Part shown: positions 51,927 through 63,268 of the stretch, piece by piece
Layout: each line of letters starts with the position of its first letter
Position numbering within the stretch: the stretch's first letter is position 1
Assembly (NCBI GenBank): GCA_041690355.1
Contig: JAWLHK010000002.1
Location: forward strand, 283,082 to 347,081
Length of the DNA stretch: 64,000 nucleotides
Reading direction: 5' to 3'
From: a bacterium
Lineage (GTDB): Bacteria > J088 > JAWLBW01
Notes under the pieces: model-generated
Database searches by the model: none
Told to the model about the DNA's origin: nothing
The model's input: only the letters and a program-made list of their open reading frames with translations
Program-made: the position numbers and the translations under genes

Positions 51927-54038
51927 ATGCTCTACACGCCCAAGATCTATGAAACGCAGATCGATGGCAAGACGATCCGGATTGAAACGGGTCGTATGGC
52001 CAAGCAGGCAGACGGCAGCGTGCTCGTCTCCTGTGGCGGCAGCGTCGTTCTCGTCGTTGCCGTCTCTGCCGAAAAGCCCAAGGAAGGCATCGATTTCTTT
52101 CCGCTGACCTGCAACTACCAGGAGCAGGCCTACGCCGCCGGCAAGATTCCCGGCGGGTATTTCAAGCGCGAAGGCAAGCCGCCCGAGAAGGAAGTGCTCA
52201 CGAGCCGGCTCATCGACCGCCCGCTGCGCCCGCTGTTTCCGGAAGGCTACAGCAACGAAACCCAGGTCATGGCTACGGTCATCTCGGCCGACACCGAGAA
52301 TGATACGGACGTGCTCGCCATGATCGGCGCTTCGGCCTGCCTGACGATTTCGAACATCCCGTTTCACGGACCGATCGCGGCCGTGCGCGTGGGGCGTGTC
52401 GACGGCAAGCTGGTGGCCTACCCGACGCGCTCGCAGCTGAAGACCAGCGACATGAACATCGTCCTGGCCGCCAGCAAGGAGTCGCTCGTCATGGTCGAAG
52501 GGGGCGCCCAGTTCGTTCCCGAAGCCGACGTGCTCGCCGCGCTGGAGTTCGGCCACAAGTCGATTCAGCCGCTCATCGAGCTGCAGGAGAAGATGCAGGC
52601 CGACGTGGGCCGCCCGAAGCGCGAATTCTCGACCAAGACCTTCGATAAGGAGTGGGTCGACAAGGTGCGCCCGTTCGCCGAAGCCAAACTTCGCGATGCC
52701 TTCCAGACGGCCGACAAGGCCGAACGCCGCGGCAAGCTGAGCGCCATCGGCGAAGAGGTGCTCGCGCACTTTGCGGGAACTGAAGACACCGCCGCAAACG
52801 CCGGCGAAGTCAAGGCCGCCTTCGAAGAAGTCAAGTGGCGCATCATGCGCCTGCTGATCAAGGAAGGCAAGCGCATCGACGGCCGCGGGCTCAAGGACAT
52901 CCGTCCCATCGTCTGCGAAGTCGGCGTGCTCCCGCGCGCCCATGGTTCGTCGCTGTTCACGCGCGGCGAAACCCAGGCGCTCGTGGCCGCCACGCTCGGT
53001 ACCAGCGAAGACGCGCAGTGGATTGACACGCTGGAAGGCGACTTCCAGAAAACGTTCATGCTCCACTACAACTTTCCCGCCTACTCGGTGGGCGAGGTGC
53101 GTCGGCTGGCCCCTCCGGGCCGCCGCGAAATCGGCCACGGCGCGCTGGCCGAACGGGCCGTGCGTCCGGTGCTGAACCAGGAAGAGCTCCCCTACACGAT
53201 CCGCATCGTGAGCGACATTCTCGAATCGAACGGTTCGAGCTCGATGGCCTCGGTCTGCGGCGCGACCTTGAGCCTGCTCGACGCCGGCATCAAGATCAAG
53301 GCGCCGGTGGCCGGCATCGCGATGGGACTCATCAAGGAAGACGACCAGTTCATGGTGCTCTCCGACATCCTCGGCGACGAGGACCATCTGGGGGACATGG
53401 ACTTCAAGGTCTGCGGCACGCGCGAAGGGATCACGGCCCTGCAGATGGACATCAAGGTCACCGGCGTGACCGGAGCCATCATGCAGCAGGCGCTCGACCA
53501 GGCGCGCGAAGGCCGTCTGCACATCCTGGGCAAGATGGCCGAGGCGCTGTCCGAACCGCGTCCCGAGCTCTCGCCCTATGCACCGCGCCTCACGACGATT
53601 AAGATCAACCCCGACAGGATCCGGGACGTCATCGGCTCGGGCGGCAAGACCATTCGCGGTATCGTCGCCGAAACCGGCGTCAAGATCGACGTCGAAGATG
53701 ATGGCACCGTGACGATCTTCTCGGCCGACGCCGACAGCATGCGCCGGGCGGTTCAGATCGTCAAGAACCTCACCGAAGAGGCCGAGGTCGGCGCTCTGTA
53801 CGTGGGCAAGGTGCGCAAGATCATGGACTTCGGCGCCTTCGTCGAGATTCTCCCCGGAACCGACGGACTCGTTCACATCTCGCAGCTGTCGCACGAACGT
53901 GTGGCGTCGGTGAGCGATGTGCTGAAAGAGGGTGACGAAATACTGGTGAAGGTGCTCGGCATCGACAACGCAGGCAAGATCAAGCTCTCCCGCAAGGAGG
54001 CGCTGGACGCTAATCCGGAGCACGCCGTCAACCGGTAA
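51927..54038 (+). CDS. pnp: polynucleotide phosphorylase
   Basis: 703 aa; two RNase PH domains, KH and S1 domains. Confidence 0.95.
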   Translation: MLYTPKIYETQIDGKTIRIETGRMAKQADGSVLVSCGGSVVLVVAVSAEKPKEGIDFFPLTCNYQEQAYAAGKIPGGYFKREGKPPEKEVLTSRLIDRPLRPLFPEGYSNETQVMATVISADTENDTDVLAMIGASACLTISNIPFHGPIAAVRVGRVDGKLVAYPTRSQLKTSDMNIVLAASKESLVMVEGGAQFVPEADVLAALEFGHKSIQPLIELQEKMQADVGRPKREFSTKTFDKEWVDKVRPFAEAKLRDAFQTADKAERRGKLSAIGEEVLAHFAGTEDTAANAGEVKAAFEEVKWRIMRLLIKEGKRIDGRGLKDIRPIVCEVGVLPRAHGSSLFTRGETQALVAATLGTSEDAQWIDTLEGDFQKTFMLHYNFPAYSVGEVRRLAPPGRREIGHGALAERAVRPVLNQEELPYTIRIVSDILESNGSSSMASVCGATLSLLDAGIKIKAPVAGIAMGLIKEDDQFMVLSDILGDEDHLGDMDFKVCGTREGITALQMDIKVTGVTGAIMQQALDQAREGRLHILGKMAEALSEPRPELSPYAPRLTTIKINPDRIRDVIGSGGKTIRGIVAETGVKIDVEDDGTVTIFSADADSMRRAVQIVKNLTEEAEVGALYVGKVRKIMDFGAFVEILPGTDGLVHISQLSHERVASVSDVLKEGDEILVKVLGIDNAGKIKLSRKEALDANPEHAVNR

Positions 54039-54061
54039 TTCGCTGCAGGGGGTTATCAGGG

Positions 54062-55321
54062 GTGTATCGAAAAACGCAGCTTGACAACGGCATCCGCGTC
54101 GTTACCGAAGAAGTCGGATCTTTTCACACGGTGGCCCTCGGGCTGCATGTCGGGGTCGGCTCCCGCTTCGAGAGCGAAGCGGAAGCCGGCTACTCGCACT
54201 TTCTCGAACACATGCTTTTCAAGGGGACGCCGACCCGGTCGGCGTCCCGCATTGCACGGGAAATCGAGTCGGTCGGCGGTATCCTCAACGCCTACACCGC
54301 CAAGGAATACACCAGCTACTACTGCAAGGTTCTCTACGAGAACTTCGAGACGGCCGTCGATCTGCTGACGGACATCTTCCTGAACTCCACCTTCGATCCC
54401 GAAGAGCTTGAACGCGAGCGCGAGGTTATCAAGGAAGAAGTCCGCATGGTCGACGACACGCCCGACGACCTGGTGGTCGACCTCTTCTATCGCGATCTGT
54501 TTCCCGGGCATCCGCTCGGGCGCCCGATCCTGGGCACCTTCGACACGCTTGACGCCTTGACCCGAGACAGCCTCGTCGCCTACAGAGACCGGCATTACCG
54601 TCCCCACAACGTCGTCATCTCGGCCGCCGGGCGGGTCGATCACGATCGGCTCGTCGAAACGATCGCCCGCGTCTTCGACGGCGTGCATGGGGCCGCGACC
54701 CATCCGCTCGACGCGCCGCCGCCCATCGACCGCAAGGCCAGCCTGCACCACAAGCCCACCGAGCAGGTACACATCTGCCTGGGCACGCAGTGTTTCGCCT
54801 ACGGCGATCCGCGGCGCATCCCGCTGCTCGTGCTCAACACTGAACTCGGCGGCGGCATGGGGAGCCGTCTGTTTCAGGAAGTGCGCGAAAAGCGGGGGCT
54901 CGCCTACACGGTGGGTTCACACGCCAGCGGCTATCTGGATGCGGGGCTCTTCGAAATCTTTCTCGGCACGGCCAAGAAGAACGTCGCCGACGCCGTAAAC
55001 GTCTGCCTCGACGAACTCGAAAAGCTCGTGCGCCATCCGCTCACCGAACAACAGCTGCGCGAAGCCAAGAGCCAGCTCAAGGGGGCCCTGCTCATGTCGC
55101 TCGAGAGCAGTGACGCGCGCATGGGAAGGCTCGCCCGCAACGAGCTCTACCTCGGCCGCGCACAGAGCATCATGGACCTCATCGAGCAGGTCGACGCCGT
55201 GACCCAGGACGACATGGACGCGGTCGCCCGCCAGGTGTTCAATCCCGAACGCATGGTGCTCACCATGCTCGGCGACGGCGACGGCATCCGCGTGCCCGAC
55301 AGTTTCGCGGTCCGGACATGA
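54062..55321 (+). CDS. M16 family zinc peptidase (insulinase-like)
   Basis: HFLEH inverted zinc-binding motif near the N-terminus; GTG start. Confidence 0.85.
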   Translation: MYRKTQLDNGIRVVTEEVGSFHTVALGLHVGVGSRFESEAEAGYSHFLEHMLFKGTPTRSASRIAREIESVGGILNAYTAKEYTSYYCKVLYENFETAVDLLTDIFLNSTFDPEELEREREVIKEEVRMVDDTPDDLVVDLFYRDLFPGHPLGRPILGTFDTLDALTRDSLVAYRDRHYRPHNVVISAAGRVDHDRLVETIARVFDGVHGAATHPLDAPPPIDRKASLHHKPTEQVHICLGTQCFAYGDPRRIPLLVLNTELGGGMGSRLFQEVREKRGLAYTVGSHASGYLDAGLFEIFLGTAKKNVADAVNVCLDELEKLVRHPLTEQQLREAKSQLKGALLMSLESSDARMGRLARNELYLGRAQSIMDLIEQVDAVTQDDMDAVARQVFNPERMVLTMLGDGDGIRVPDSFAVRT

Positions 55322-55767
55322 CCGTCCGCGTTCCCGTCCGCGTCCTGCCGCACGCGGCCGACCTCCCGCTGCCTGGCTACGCGACGGCTCACGCCGCCGG
55401 ACTCGATCTGCTCGCCGCCGTCGACGCCGACGTCCTGCTGGCTCCGATGCAGCGCGCCGTTATCCCCACCGGGCTGTGCGTGGCGATCCCCGAAGGGTGG
55501 GAGGCGCAGGTGCGCCCCCGGTCGGGGCTTGCCCGCAATCACGGCGTCACCTGCCTGAACACGCCCGGAACGATCGATGCCGATTACCGCGGCGAGATCG
55601 GCGTTCTGCTCGTCAACCTCGGCGCCGAGCCCTTCGCCGTGTCTCGCGGCATGCGCATCGCCCAGCTCGTCGTGTCTCCGGTGGGCCGCATCGAGTGGGA
55701 ACCTGCGACCGAGCTTCCGCCCACGGTGCGCGGCGCGGGCGGCTTCGGCAGTACCGGCGTCGCCTGA
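55318..55767 (+). CDS. dut: dUTP diphosphatase
   Basis: 149 aa with dUTPase motifs ([20 protein letters not shown]). Confidence 0.9.
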   Translation: MTVRVPVRVLPHAADLPLPGYATAHAAGLDLLAAVDADVLLAPMQRAVIPTGLCVAIPEGWEAQVRPRSGLARNHGVTCLNTPGTIDADYRGEIGVLLVNLGAEPFAVSRGMRIAQLVVSPVGRIEWEPATELPPTVRGAGGFGSTGVA

Positions 55768-55837
55768 GGCGCCCACCCGGAAATCTTCTGCCGGCAGGGT
55801 CCTTCAGCAGACGGTCGCCCCGGTTTACAATGGGCCT

Positions 55838-56611
55838 GTGCCCCGCGTCGATCTCCACTCTCATCTCATCCCCGGCGTCGACGACGGCGTGCGCACCCTT
55901 GATGATGCTCTGCGGTGCATCGAGGGGCTCGTCGAGCGTGGATACGATTGCCTCTGCACGACGCCCCACCAGGCCGACCGCTGGCGCCCCGACGCCGCCT
56001 TCCTGACCGCCGCCCTGCGCGGGTTGCGCGAAGAGATCGACCGGCGCGGGTGGCCCGTGCGGCTCGCCCTCGGCGCCGAGAACCATCTCGACGAGGTCTT
56101 TCTGACACGACTCGAGCAGGGGACCCTGCCCACGTACGGCCTCGCCGGCCGCGACGTGCTCGTGGAGTGCCCGGTTTGGTCCCGGCCGCCGTTTCTTGAA
56201 GAAATCCTCTTCCGCCTGCAGACAGGCGGGATACGGCCGGTTCTTGCCCACCCTGAGCGCTATCCGTGGCTGGTGCGCGACAGGGCGCGCGTTGCGGCCC
56301 TCCGGAACGCGGGGTGCCTGTTCCAGGTCGACCTCGGGAGCTTCGCCGGGGCATACGGCAGCGAGGCAAGACAGGCGGCGCGGCGGCTCGTGCGCGAGAA
56401 AGCCGTCGATCTCGTCGCGACCGACCTGCACGGTGCCGGCCGCCTGCCCGCCCTGGTCGACGCCGGGTGGCAGGCGCTGGCCGAACTGGCCGGCCCGGCC
56501 GAGCTGGCGCGGTGGGGATCTGCGACCCCCGGCGAGATCTTCGCGCGTGCCTGGACGGGCGCCTGGGGGCAAGAAATCGCTCACCCCCCCGAACCGTCTG
56601 CCGATATCTAA
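55838..56611 (+). CDS. PHP-domain protein-tyrosine phosphatase (CpsB/YwqE-like)
   Basis: N-terminal VDLHSHLIPGVDDG metal-binding motif; GTG start. Confidence 0.7.
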   Translation: MPRVDLHSHLIPGVDDGVRTLDDALRCIEGLVERGYDCLCTTPHQADRWRPDAAFLTAALRGLREEIDRRGWPVRLALGAENHLDEVFLTRLEQGTLPTYGLAGRDVLVECPVWSRPPFLEEILFRLQTGGIRPVLAHPERYPWLVRDRARVAALRNAGCLFQVDLGSFAGAYGSEARQAARRLVREKAVDLVATDLHGAGRLPALVDAGWQALAELAGPAELARWGSATPGEIFARAWTGAWGQEIAHPPEPSADI

Positions 56612-56662
56612 GCGGCTGATATCTCAGCAGTCCATTGCTGATTCACCCGGCCATTCGGTACA

Positions 56663-58576
56663 ATGGTCGTTTGGCCTCGCGATGTGGCGTCGCCGATGTC
56701 ACACGGGAATTTCGCCTGGGCGCAGCGCATGAGTCTTGTCGGCAACATTGAGGATCTTCCGCTCACGGACATCCTCCAGATCGTTTCGCTCAGCCGAAAG
56801 TCGGGTGTTCTGGCATTGAAGCGCGAGGGGGCTGAGGCCGCGATCTGCTTTCAGAACGGGCTCGTCGTCGCTGCCTCCATCACCGACTTCCCGCTCGACC
56901 TGCTGGCGTTTCTGCGCCGCAAGGGCCTGCTGACCCCGGCCGACGAAGCCGACGTCCGCCAGCAGGTACAGGACGGCATTCCGGTGGCCGAAGCGCTTGC
57001 AAACTTCGCGGTCCCCGACACCGTCATCGAAGGCTTTTCCCGCGCGGCGATCGAAAAGGTGGTCTACCGTCTGTTCACCTGGCGCGAAGGCTCGTTCACA
57101 TTCGATCTGATGGATGGGGCCGAAGAGCGTTTCCGCGCGAATCCGCTGCATCCGTTTCTCGCCCAGGGGGTGAACCCGCAGTTTCTCGCCATGGAAGGGG
57201 CGCGCCTGCAGGACGAGAGCGACTATTTCACGACGAAAAGCCCCGGCGCTGCGCCTTCGCCTGACCCCGCGCCGGCCCCGGCCGCGAAGCCCGAGCCCCG
57301 TCCCGCGCAGGCGGCCCCGAGCGAGCCTCCGGTCGCGCCTGCGCCGCCTCCCGCTCAGCCTGCGCGCGCCGCCGCCCCCGCGACGGCCCCCGCGACGGCC
57401 TCCGGTGCGGCCTCCAGTGCGGCCCCCCGGCCGTCGGCCGCCGCCGCTCCGGCGCCGGCCCTCAACGACCGGCCGCTCGTCGCCATCGTCGACAACGACG
57501 CCGTCGCGCTCAAGAACATCGAAAACGTGCTCCTGCAGCGCGGCTACGAAGTGGCCGCCTTTGCCCGCGTCGAGACCGTCATCAACGCCGTGCGCGAGCT
57601 CCTGCGCAAGGGGCGGCCGCTCATCGTGCTGGCCGACCTCGTCATGCCCAAGCGCGATGCGAGCGGGATGCTGGGCGGTCTCGAGGTGCTCGAGCTGCTG
57701 CGCGCCGAAGAGCAGGACGTGCCGATCGTCGTGCTGGCCGACATCAACAATGCCGATGCCGAAGCGCGCGCCCGCGAACTGGGGGCCGACGGCTACGTCT
57801 CGAAGCCGGGCCGCAAGTTCTACGTCAAAGAAAAAGAAAACAACACGCCCGAGTTTCTGACCTTCATGGCCGGCCTGGCCGCCGAGATCGAGCGGCTGAC
57901 CGAGAAGGCACGCGGCATTTCGGCGTCTCCGGCCGCCTCGCCGTTCGTCGATCTGAGCACCGAGCTCAAGGGCGAGCTCGAGGCTGCGACCCATGCCGTG
58001 AGCGCCACGGCCCCCGTCATGGTGCCGGGCATCGAAAAATCGCGCGGCCTCGACATGCTCAAGGAGATGGTTCGCGAACTCAACGATCCGCACTTCAACG
58101 CCGACGTCTCGCTGCTTGTGCTCCGTTTCGCCGTCGAGCTCATGGATCGGGCGGTGATCTTCGCCGTGACGCCGCAGGAAGTCATCGGCCTCGGGCAGGC
58201 AGGCATCGACGCCCCCGACGCGACGGCGCGCGTGCGCTCCATGCGGGTGCCCCTCGCCGGGAGCTCGATTTTCTCCGACGTCGTGCGCATGAACGGCGCG
58301 GTGCGCCGCAAACTCGATTCCAGTGAGTGGAACCGGTATATTCTCGACCAGCTCGGCGGCCAGCGCCCCGAAGAATCCTTCGCGGCCCCGATTTTCACGA
58401 GCCGGCGCATGGCCGCCGTCGTCTACGGCGACAATGCGTCGAGCGGGCGCCCCATCGGAGACGTCGATGCCCTCGAAATTTTTCTTTCGCACGCCGGCAT
58501 CGCCATGGAGCGGGCGCTGCTCGAGCGGCGGCTGCGCGACTTGACAGGCAGCCAACGCATCCACTATGCTGATTGA
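56663..58576 (+). CDS. DUF4388 - receiver (REC) - GAF-like multidomain regulator
   Basis: DUF4388-like N-terminus, Pro/Ala-rich linker, REC domain (LADLVMP, YVSKP), GAF-like C-terminus; true start may be ATG 56696 or 56729. Confidence 0.75.
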   Translation: MVVWPRDVASPMSHGNFAWAQRMSLVGNIEDLPLTDILQIVSLSRKSGVLALKREGAEAAICFQNGLVVAASITDFPLDLLAFLRRKGLLTPADEADVRQQVQDGIPVAEALANFAVPDTVIEGFSRAAIEKVVYRLFTWREGSFTFDLMDGAEERFRANPLHPFLAQGVNPQFLAMEGARLQDESDYFTTKSPGAAPSPDPAPAPAAKPEPRPAQAAPSEPPVAPAPPPAQPARAAAPATAPATASGAASSAAPRPSAAAAPAPALNDRPLVAIVDNDAVALKNIENVLLQRGYEVAAFARVETVINAVRELLRKGRPLIVLADLVMPKRDASGMLGGLEVLELLRAEEQDVPIVVLADINNADAEARARELGADGYVSKPGRKFYVKEKENNTPEFLTFMAGLAAEIERLTEKARGISASPAASPFVDLSTELKGELEAATHAVSATAPVMVPGIEKSRGLDMLKEMVRELNDPHFNADVSLLVLRFAVELMDRAVIFAVTPQEVIGLGQAGIDAPDATARVRSMRVPLAGSSIFSDVVRMNGAVRRKLDSSEWNRYILDQLGGQRPEESFAAPIFTSRRMAAVVYGDNASSGRPIGDVDALEIFLSHAGIAMERALLERRLRDLTGSQRIHYAD

Positions 58577-58602
58577 CGTTTTGCCTCCGGAGCCGCTATC
58601 GC

Positions 58603-58986
58603 GTGGGAAAAAAACTCCTGGTGGCCGAGGATTCGGCTACCATGCGACAACTGATCGTCGCCGCCCTCAGTCGGATTCCCGACCTTGAGATCGTCGAGTG
58701 CCAGAGCGGCTTTGAAGCCCTCAAGGCCATCCCACGGGTGCGTTTCGACATGGTGCTCACCGACATCAACATGCCCGACATCAACGGGCTCGAGTTGATC
58801 GGTTTTCTCAAGAGCAACCCCGATACCCGGAACATTCCCATCGTCATCATCACGACCGAGTCGAGCAAGCGTGATCAGGTGAAAGGCCTCGCCCTCGGGG
58901 CCAGCGAGTACCTGATCAAGCCGTTCTCTCCCGAGCGGCTGCAGGAGCTCGTCAGCCGGCACCTCCAGATACAGCTTCCCCAATGA
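58603..58986 (+). CDS. cheY: CheY-like single-domain response regulator
   Basis: KKLLVAEDS, MVLTDINMP (phospho-Asp), YLIKP; GTG start at 58603 preferred over TTG at 58573. Confidence 0.85.
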   Translation: MGKKLLVAEDSATMRQLIVAALSRIPDLEIVECQSGFEALKAIPRVRFDMVLTDINMPDINGLELIGFLKSNPDTRNIPIVIITTESSKRDQVKGLALGASEYLIKPFSPERLQELVSRHLQIQLPQ

Positions 58987-61058
58987 AAGACGACAAGGCC
59001 CTCCAGGAGTTTGTTTCGGAGAGCGAAGAGATCATCGAGGAGATCTTTCAGAACCTCCATGAGATCGAGGGGAGCATCGATCAGGGGCGCTACAACCCCG
59101 AAACCCTGAACGCAATCTTCCGCGGCGCGCACTCCATGAAGGGGCTCGCGGGGATGTTCGGTTTCGAGGGGATCCAGAGCTTCGCCCACCATCTCGAGGA
59201 CCTGCTCGACAAGCTGCGCCTGGGCAAGCTCACGTTCGACAAGCCGATTCTCAACCGGCTGTTTTCCAGCATGGAGTACCTGCGCAGCCTGGTGGCCGAC
59301 CGGGCGCAGGGAAAAGCCGACGACATGGCCGCCATCGACGAGCGCATCCGCGAGCTGCAGGCCATGCTCGCCGGGGGCAAGGGCGGGGCAGAGTCGAACC
59401 CCTTCGAGGGGGTAGCCCTCGATCCTGGCCTGCTCGGCGTGCTGACGGAGTACGAAGAATACCGCCTGAAGACCAACATCGAACAGGGTCATAACCTGTT
59501 CCGCGTGCGGGCGACGTTCGACATCATGAGTTTCGATCAGGAGCTCGACGGCATCACGAAGAAGCTCAAGGGGATGGGGGCCGAGCTCATCACGACCCTC
59601 CCGAGCCCCGAGCCGGCCAAGGAGATGGAGATCAAGTTCGATCTCGTCGCCGGAGGCGATCGGCCGCTGGCCGACCTCGAAGCCGAACTGGCCGCCCCGA
59701 ACGTGACCGTTACCGAAATCGAGCAGGCGAGCAAAAAAAAAAGGCCGTCGCCGGGAGTAGCCGGCACGGTTGAGAGCTTCCTCCAGGCGCAGGCGCCGAG
59801 TGGAACCGTGGTCGACGATGACGACGCCGGCCGCAGAGACGAGGCCACCTCAATCCGCAGCGTTTCGAAAACGGTGCGCGTCGATATCGACAAGCTCGAT
59901 ACGATCATGAACGTCGTGGGCGAGCTCGTTCTCTACTCGTCGCAGATCAACCGCTTCGCCGAAAAACTGCGCCTCGAGCAGGGCAACACGGGCCCCTCGG
60001 CGCAATTCTTCAAGGCCAGCCGCGCCCTCGAACGCAAACTGCGCGAACTGCAGGACGGCGTCATGGATACGCGCATGGTGCCGCTCAAGCAGGTGTTCGA
60101 CAAACTCCAGCGCATCGTGCGCAAGATTGTGCAGGACGTCGGCAAAGAAGCCGAGCTGGTCATTCTGGGCGGCGAGACCGAGCTCGATAAGCTGATCATC
60201 GAAGACCTCGGCGATCCGCTCATGCACATCATCCGCAATTCCGTCGACCACGGGCTCGAAACCCCCGACGAGCGCGAGAAGGCCGGCAAACCGCGCAAGG
60301 GAACGATCCGCATCCACGCCTACCAGCGCGGCAACCACGTCAACCTCGAGGTTGAGGACGACGGCCGCGGCATCGACCGCGAGCGCATCCGCAGGAAGGC
60401 GCGCGAAAAGCGGCTGGTCGACAACGTAGATGCCCTCAAGGACGACGAGGTGCTCAGCCTGATCTTCCTCCCCGGCTTCTCGACGGCCGAGAAGGTCTCT
60501 GAGCTTTCGGGGCGCGGCGTGGGACTCGATGTCGTCAAGGAGAACATCGCGCAGATGCGCGGGCTCATCAACATCGATACCGAACTCGGCAAGGGAACCA
60601 AGTTCACGCTCACCCTGCCGATCACGCTGGCCATCATCCGCGCCCTCATCATCGAGGCCCGCGGACGGCTCTATGCGATTCCGCTCAGTTCGATTCTCAC
60701 CTCGCTCATGATCGAGCCCCGGCAGATACGCACCATCGAGCGGCGCGAGGTCATGGAGTTCCGTCATCAGAATGCGGTGCAGACGCTGCCGCTGCTGCGG
60801 CTCGAGCGCATCTTCGACCTGCGCCGCGACACGGCCGAGGCGGGCGAAAGCCTCTACGTCGTCGTGCTCGAGCTGGCCGATCGCCGCCTGGGGCTGATCG
60901 TCGACCGCCTGCACGGACAGCAGGATATCGTCATCAAGTCGATCAGCGACGTCCTGCGCACGCGCGGCATCGCGGGGGCCACGGATCTGGGGAACCAGCA
61001 GACGATTCTCGTCCTGGACGCCGCGGCCCTGATCGACGAGGCCGCGCGCGGAGTCTGA
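58983..61058 (+). CDS. cheA: chemotaxis histidine kinase CheA
   Basis: Hpt (HSMKG), dimerisation and HATPase regions, C-terminal CheW-like domain; no fused receiver. Confidence 0.95.
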   Translation: MKDDKALQEFVSESEEIIEEIFQNLHEIEGSIDQGRYNPETLNAIFRGAHSMKGLAGMFGFEGIQSFAHHLEDLLDKLRLGKLTFDKPILNRLFSSMEYLRSLVADRAQGKADDMAAIDERIRELQAMLAGGKGGAESNPFEGVALDPGLLGVLTEYEEYRLKTNIEQGHNLFRVRATFDIMSFDQELDGITKKLKGMGAELITTLPSPEPAKEMEIKFDLVAGGDRPLADLEAELAAPNVTVTEIEQASKKKRPSPGVAGTVESFLQAQAPSGTVVDDDDAGRRDEATSIRSVSKTVRVDIDKLDTIMNVVGELVLYSSQINRFAEKLRLEQGNTGPSAQFFKASRALERKLRELQDGVMDTRMVPLKQVFDKLQRIVRKIVQDVGKEAELVILGGETELDKLIIEDLGDPLMHIIRNSVDHGLETPDEREKAGKPRKGTIRIHAYQRGNHVNLEVEDDGRGIDRERIRRKAREKRLVDNVDALKDDEVLSLIFLPGFSTAEKVSELSGRGVGLDVVKENIAQMRGLINIDTELGKGTKFTLTLPITLAIIRALIIEARGRLYAIPLSSILTSLMIEPRQIRTIERREVMEFRHQNAVQTLPLLRLERIFDLRRDTAEAGESLYVVVLELADRRLGLIVDRLHGQQDIVIKSISDVLRTRGIAGATDLGNQQTILVLDAAALIDEAARGV

Positions 61059-61060
61059 TC

Positions 61061-61876
61061 ATGTACGAGGAATTTTTCGGACTCAGCGCCCGCCCGTTTC
61101 AGAAGACCCCCGATCCCGCATTTCTCTATCGCGGACGCAAGCACGCCGAGGCGCTCACGCGCATGATATACGCGGCCGAAGAGCGCGAGCTCATGGTGCT
61201 CACCGGTGAGATCGGCGCCGGCAAGACCACGCTCACGCGCGCCCTCGCCGACGAACTTCCCGAAGACCGGTATCGCATCGTCCTGCTCATCAATCCCCGC
61301 ATCTCGGCGCTGCAGCTGCTTCAGGCCCTGGCCGAGCGGCTCGGGCTCGAGAACGCGCCCCGGCAGCGGGTGCGCCTGCTCGAGGCCGTCCAGGCGCGCC
61401 TTTACGAGCTCGATCAGCAGGGGGTGACGCCTGTGCTGATCATCGACGAAGCCCAGATGCTCCCCGGCAAGGACATCTTCGACGAGCTGCGGCTCATTAC
61501 GAACTACCAGCTCGACGATCGCAATCTGCTGGCCGTTCTTCTCGTCGGTCAGCCCGAACTGAGCAGGCGCCTCGCACACCCGAGCTATCGCGCATTGCAG
61601 CAACGAGTGGGAATCCGGTATCATCTTGAGGCACTGGATGAACAGGAAGTGCGGGAATATGTTGACTTTCGCACGGAAGTTGCCGGGCGCGGCGCGCCGC
61701 TTTTCACCACAGAGGCGGTCGCCGCACTGTTCCGTCTGAGCGGCGGCATACCCCGCGTCATCAACAATCTTGCGGCCAGCGCGTTGCTGAGCGGCTTCGG
61801 CAAGGGCGAAGACCCGGTCGACGCCGCTTCGGTCGAAGACGCGGCCCGCGAGCTTCAGCTGGTGCAGGTGGGGTGA
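61061..61876 (+). CDS. ExeA/GspA-like AAA ATPase
   Basis: FGL..RPF N-terminal motif, Walker A GEIGAGKTT, Walker B LIIDEAQ, GIPRVIN C-terminal motif. Confidence 0.8.
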   Translation: MYEEFFGLSARPFQKTPDPAFLYRGRKHAEALTRMIYAAEERELMVLTGEIGAGKTTLTRALADELPEDRYRIVLLINPRISALQLLQALAERLGLENAPRQRVRLLEAVQARLYELDQQGVTPVLIIDEAQMLPGKDIFDELRLITNYQLDDRNLLAVLLVGQPELSRRLAHPSYRALQQRVGIRYHLEALDEQEVREYVDFRTEVAGRGAPLFTTEAVAALFRLSGGIPRVINNLAASALLSGFGKGEDPVDAASVEDAARELQLVQVG

Positions 61877-61877
61877 G

Positions 61878-62744
61878 GTGGATTTACTCGAGATCCGCAA
61901 GAAAGCGCGCGCGCAGAAGAAAGCCGGGTCGACCAAGGACGATGCCCCCGGGGCGTCTGCGCCTGCCGTCGTCCCGGAGGCAGCTGCTGTTGCCGAAGCG
62001 CCTCCTGCGGCCGCATGGCCGGCCGGGGCCGTGCAGCACGTGCCCGCGCCTGCGGCGACCCCTGCGGCTTCAGACGAACCGGAAGTGCCCGCCTGGACGG
62101 CCGACGAGTTCGAGCATTTCCTGCAGAGCGGACCTTCTGCGCCCCCGGCGGCGGCCTTCGCCGCGCCTGCGTCACAGGCTGTGCCGGGCGGCTATCCCGC
62201 AGGGTCGGCCAGGGGCGACAGCCTGCGCGACTCGCTGCTCAACGCCGACTTTCTCGAACTGGCGACCGAAGAGCTTTACCGCCACACGTACGACGTCGAG
62301 ACGCCCGACACGGCATTCCGGCAGGTGCTGGCCTGTCTGCTCGCCGACGAGGAGTACGGCATCGACATTCACGGCATCCGCGAAATCATCAAGCCGCGCG
62401 ACATCACCGAGGTGCCGCGCGCCCCGCGCTACGTGCTCGGGATCATCACCCTGCGCGGCCGGGTCATCCCGGTGCTCGACCTGCGCGAGCGCCTGGGACT
62501 CAGCGTGTCGCCGTTGGGGCGCCAGAGTAAAATTGTCGTCGTGGCGCACCGGGAGAGCTTCTTCGGGCTGCTCGTCGACGCCGTCATCGACGTCGCCAAG
62601 ATTCCCGAGCCCTCCATCGAGAGCACGAGCGCGGTCATGGTCGGGGTCGACGGCAAGTATCTCGAAGGGATCGGCCGCGTCGGAGATGAAATGATCATCC
62701 TGCTCAACCTCGGCGAAGTTCTGAATATCGAGGGCCAGTCGTGA
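61878..62744 (+). CDS. CheW-domain protein with Pro/Ala-rich N-terminal extension
   Basis: About 140 aa low-complexity extension then CheW domain; GTG start. Confidence 0.8.
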   Translation: MDLLEIRKKARAQKKAGSTKDDAPGASAPAVVPEAAAVAEAPPAAAWPAGAVQHVPAPAATPAASDEPEVPAWTADEFEHFLQSGPSAPPAAAFAAPASQAVPGGYPAGSARGDSLRDSLLNADFLELATEELYRHTYDVETPDTAFRQVLACLLADEEYGIDIHGIREIIKPRDITEVPRAPRYVLGIITLRGRVIPVLDLRERLGLSVSPLGRQSKIVVVAHRESFFGLLVDAVIDVAKIPEPSIESTSAVMVGVDGKYLEGIGRVGDEMIILLNLGEVLNIEGQS

Positions 62745-63268
62745 AGACCGAATACCGTAGCCGGCACGATGAGATTCAGCTTGCGGTGCTCGTGGTCGGG
62801 GGCGAGAAGTTCGCGCTCGACATCATGCGCATCATGGAAATACAGCGGTCGCAGACCATCACGCGCATGCCCAAGGTGCCCGACTTTCTCGAAGGGGTCA
62901 TCAACCTGCGCGGTGCGGTCATTCCGGTCGTCGACATGCGCAAGCGGCTGGAGCTCACCGTCACGCCGACCTCGCGCAAGACGCGCATCGTCATCGCCAA
63001 CGTCGGTGGCAAGATCGTCGGCCTGCTCGTCGACGAGGTCAGCGAAGTCATTCGCGTCGCCCGCTCAGACATCGGTCCGGCGCCCGCCCTGACCCGCGGC
63101 ATCGGATCCGAGTACATCATGGGGGTCGTCAAGCGCAAAGACGAGCTGCTCCTGCTGCTCGATTTCGAACGCATCCTCAGCACCGAAGAACGCGTGAAGA
63201 TCGACGAGATCAAGAAGCGCGCCCGCGAAACGGCGCAGCCGGCGGGAGAGGCGGTGAAGCCGGCATGA
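62741..63268 (+). CDS. cheW: chemotaxis coupling protein CheW
   Basis: 175 aa single CheW domain; GTG start overlapping upstream stop. Confidence 0.9.
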   Translation: MKTEYRSRHDEIQLAVLVVGGEKFALDIMRIMEIQRSQTITRMPKVPDFLEGVINLRGAVIPVVDMRKRLELTVTPTSRKTRIVIANVGGKIVGLLVDEVSEVIRVARSDIGPAPALTRGIGSEYIMGVVKRKDELLLLLDFERILSTEERVKIDEIKKRARETAQPAGEAVKPA

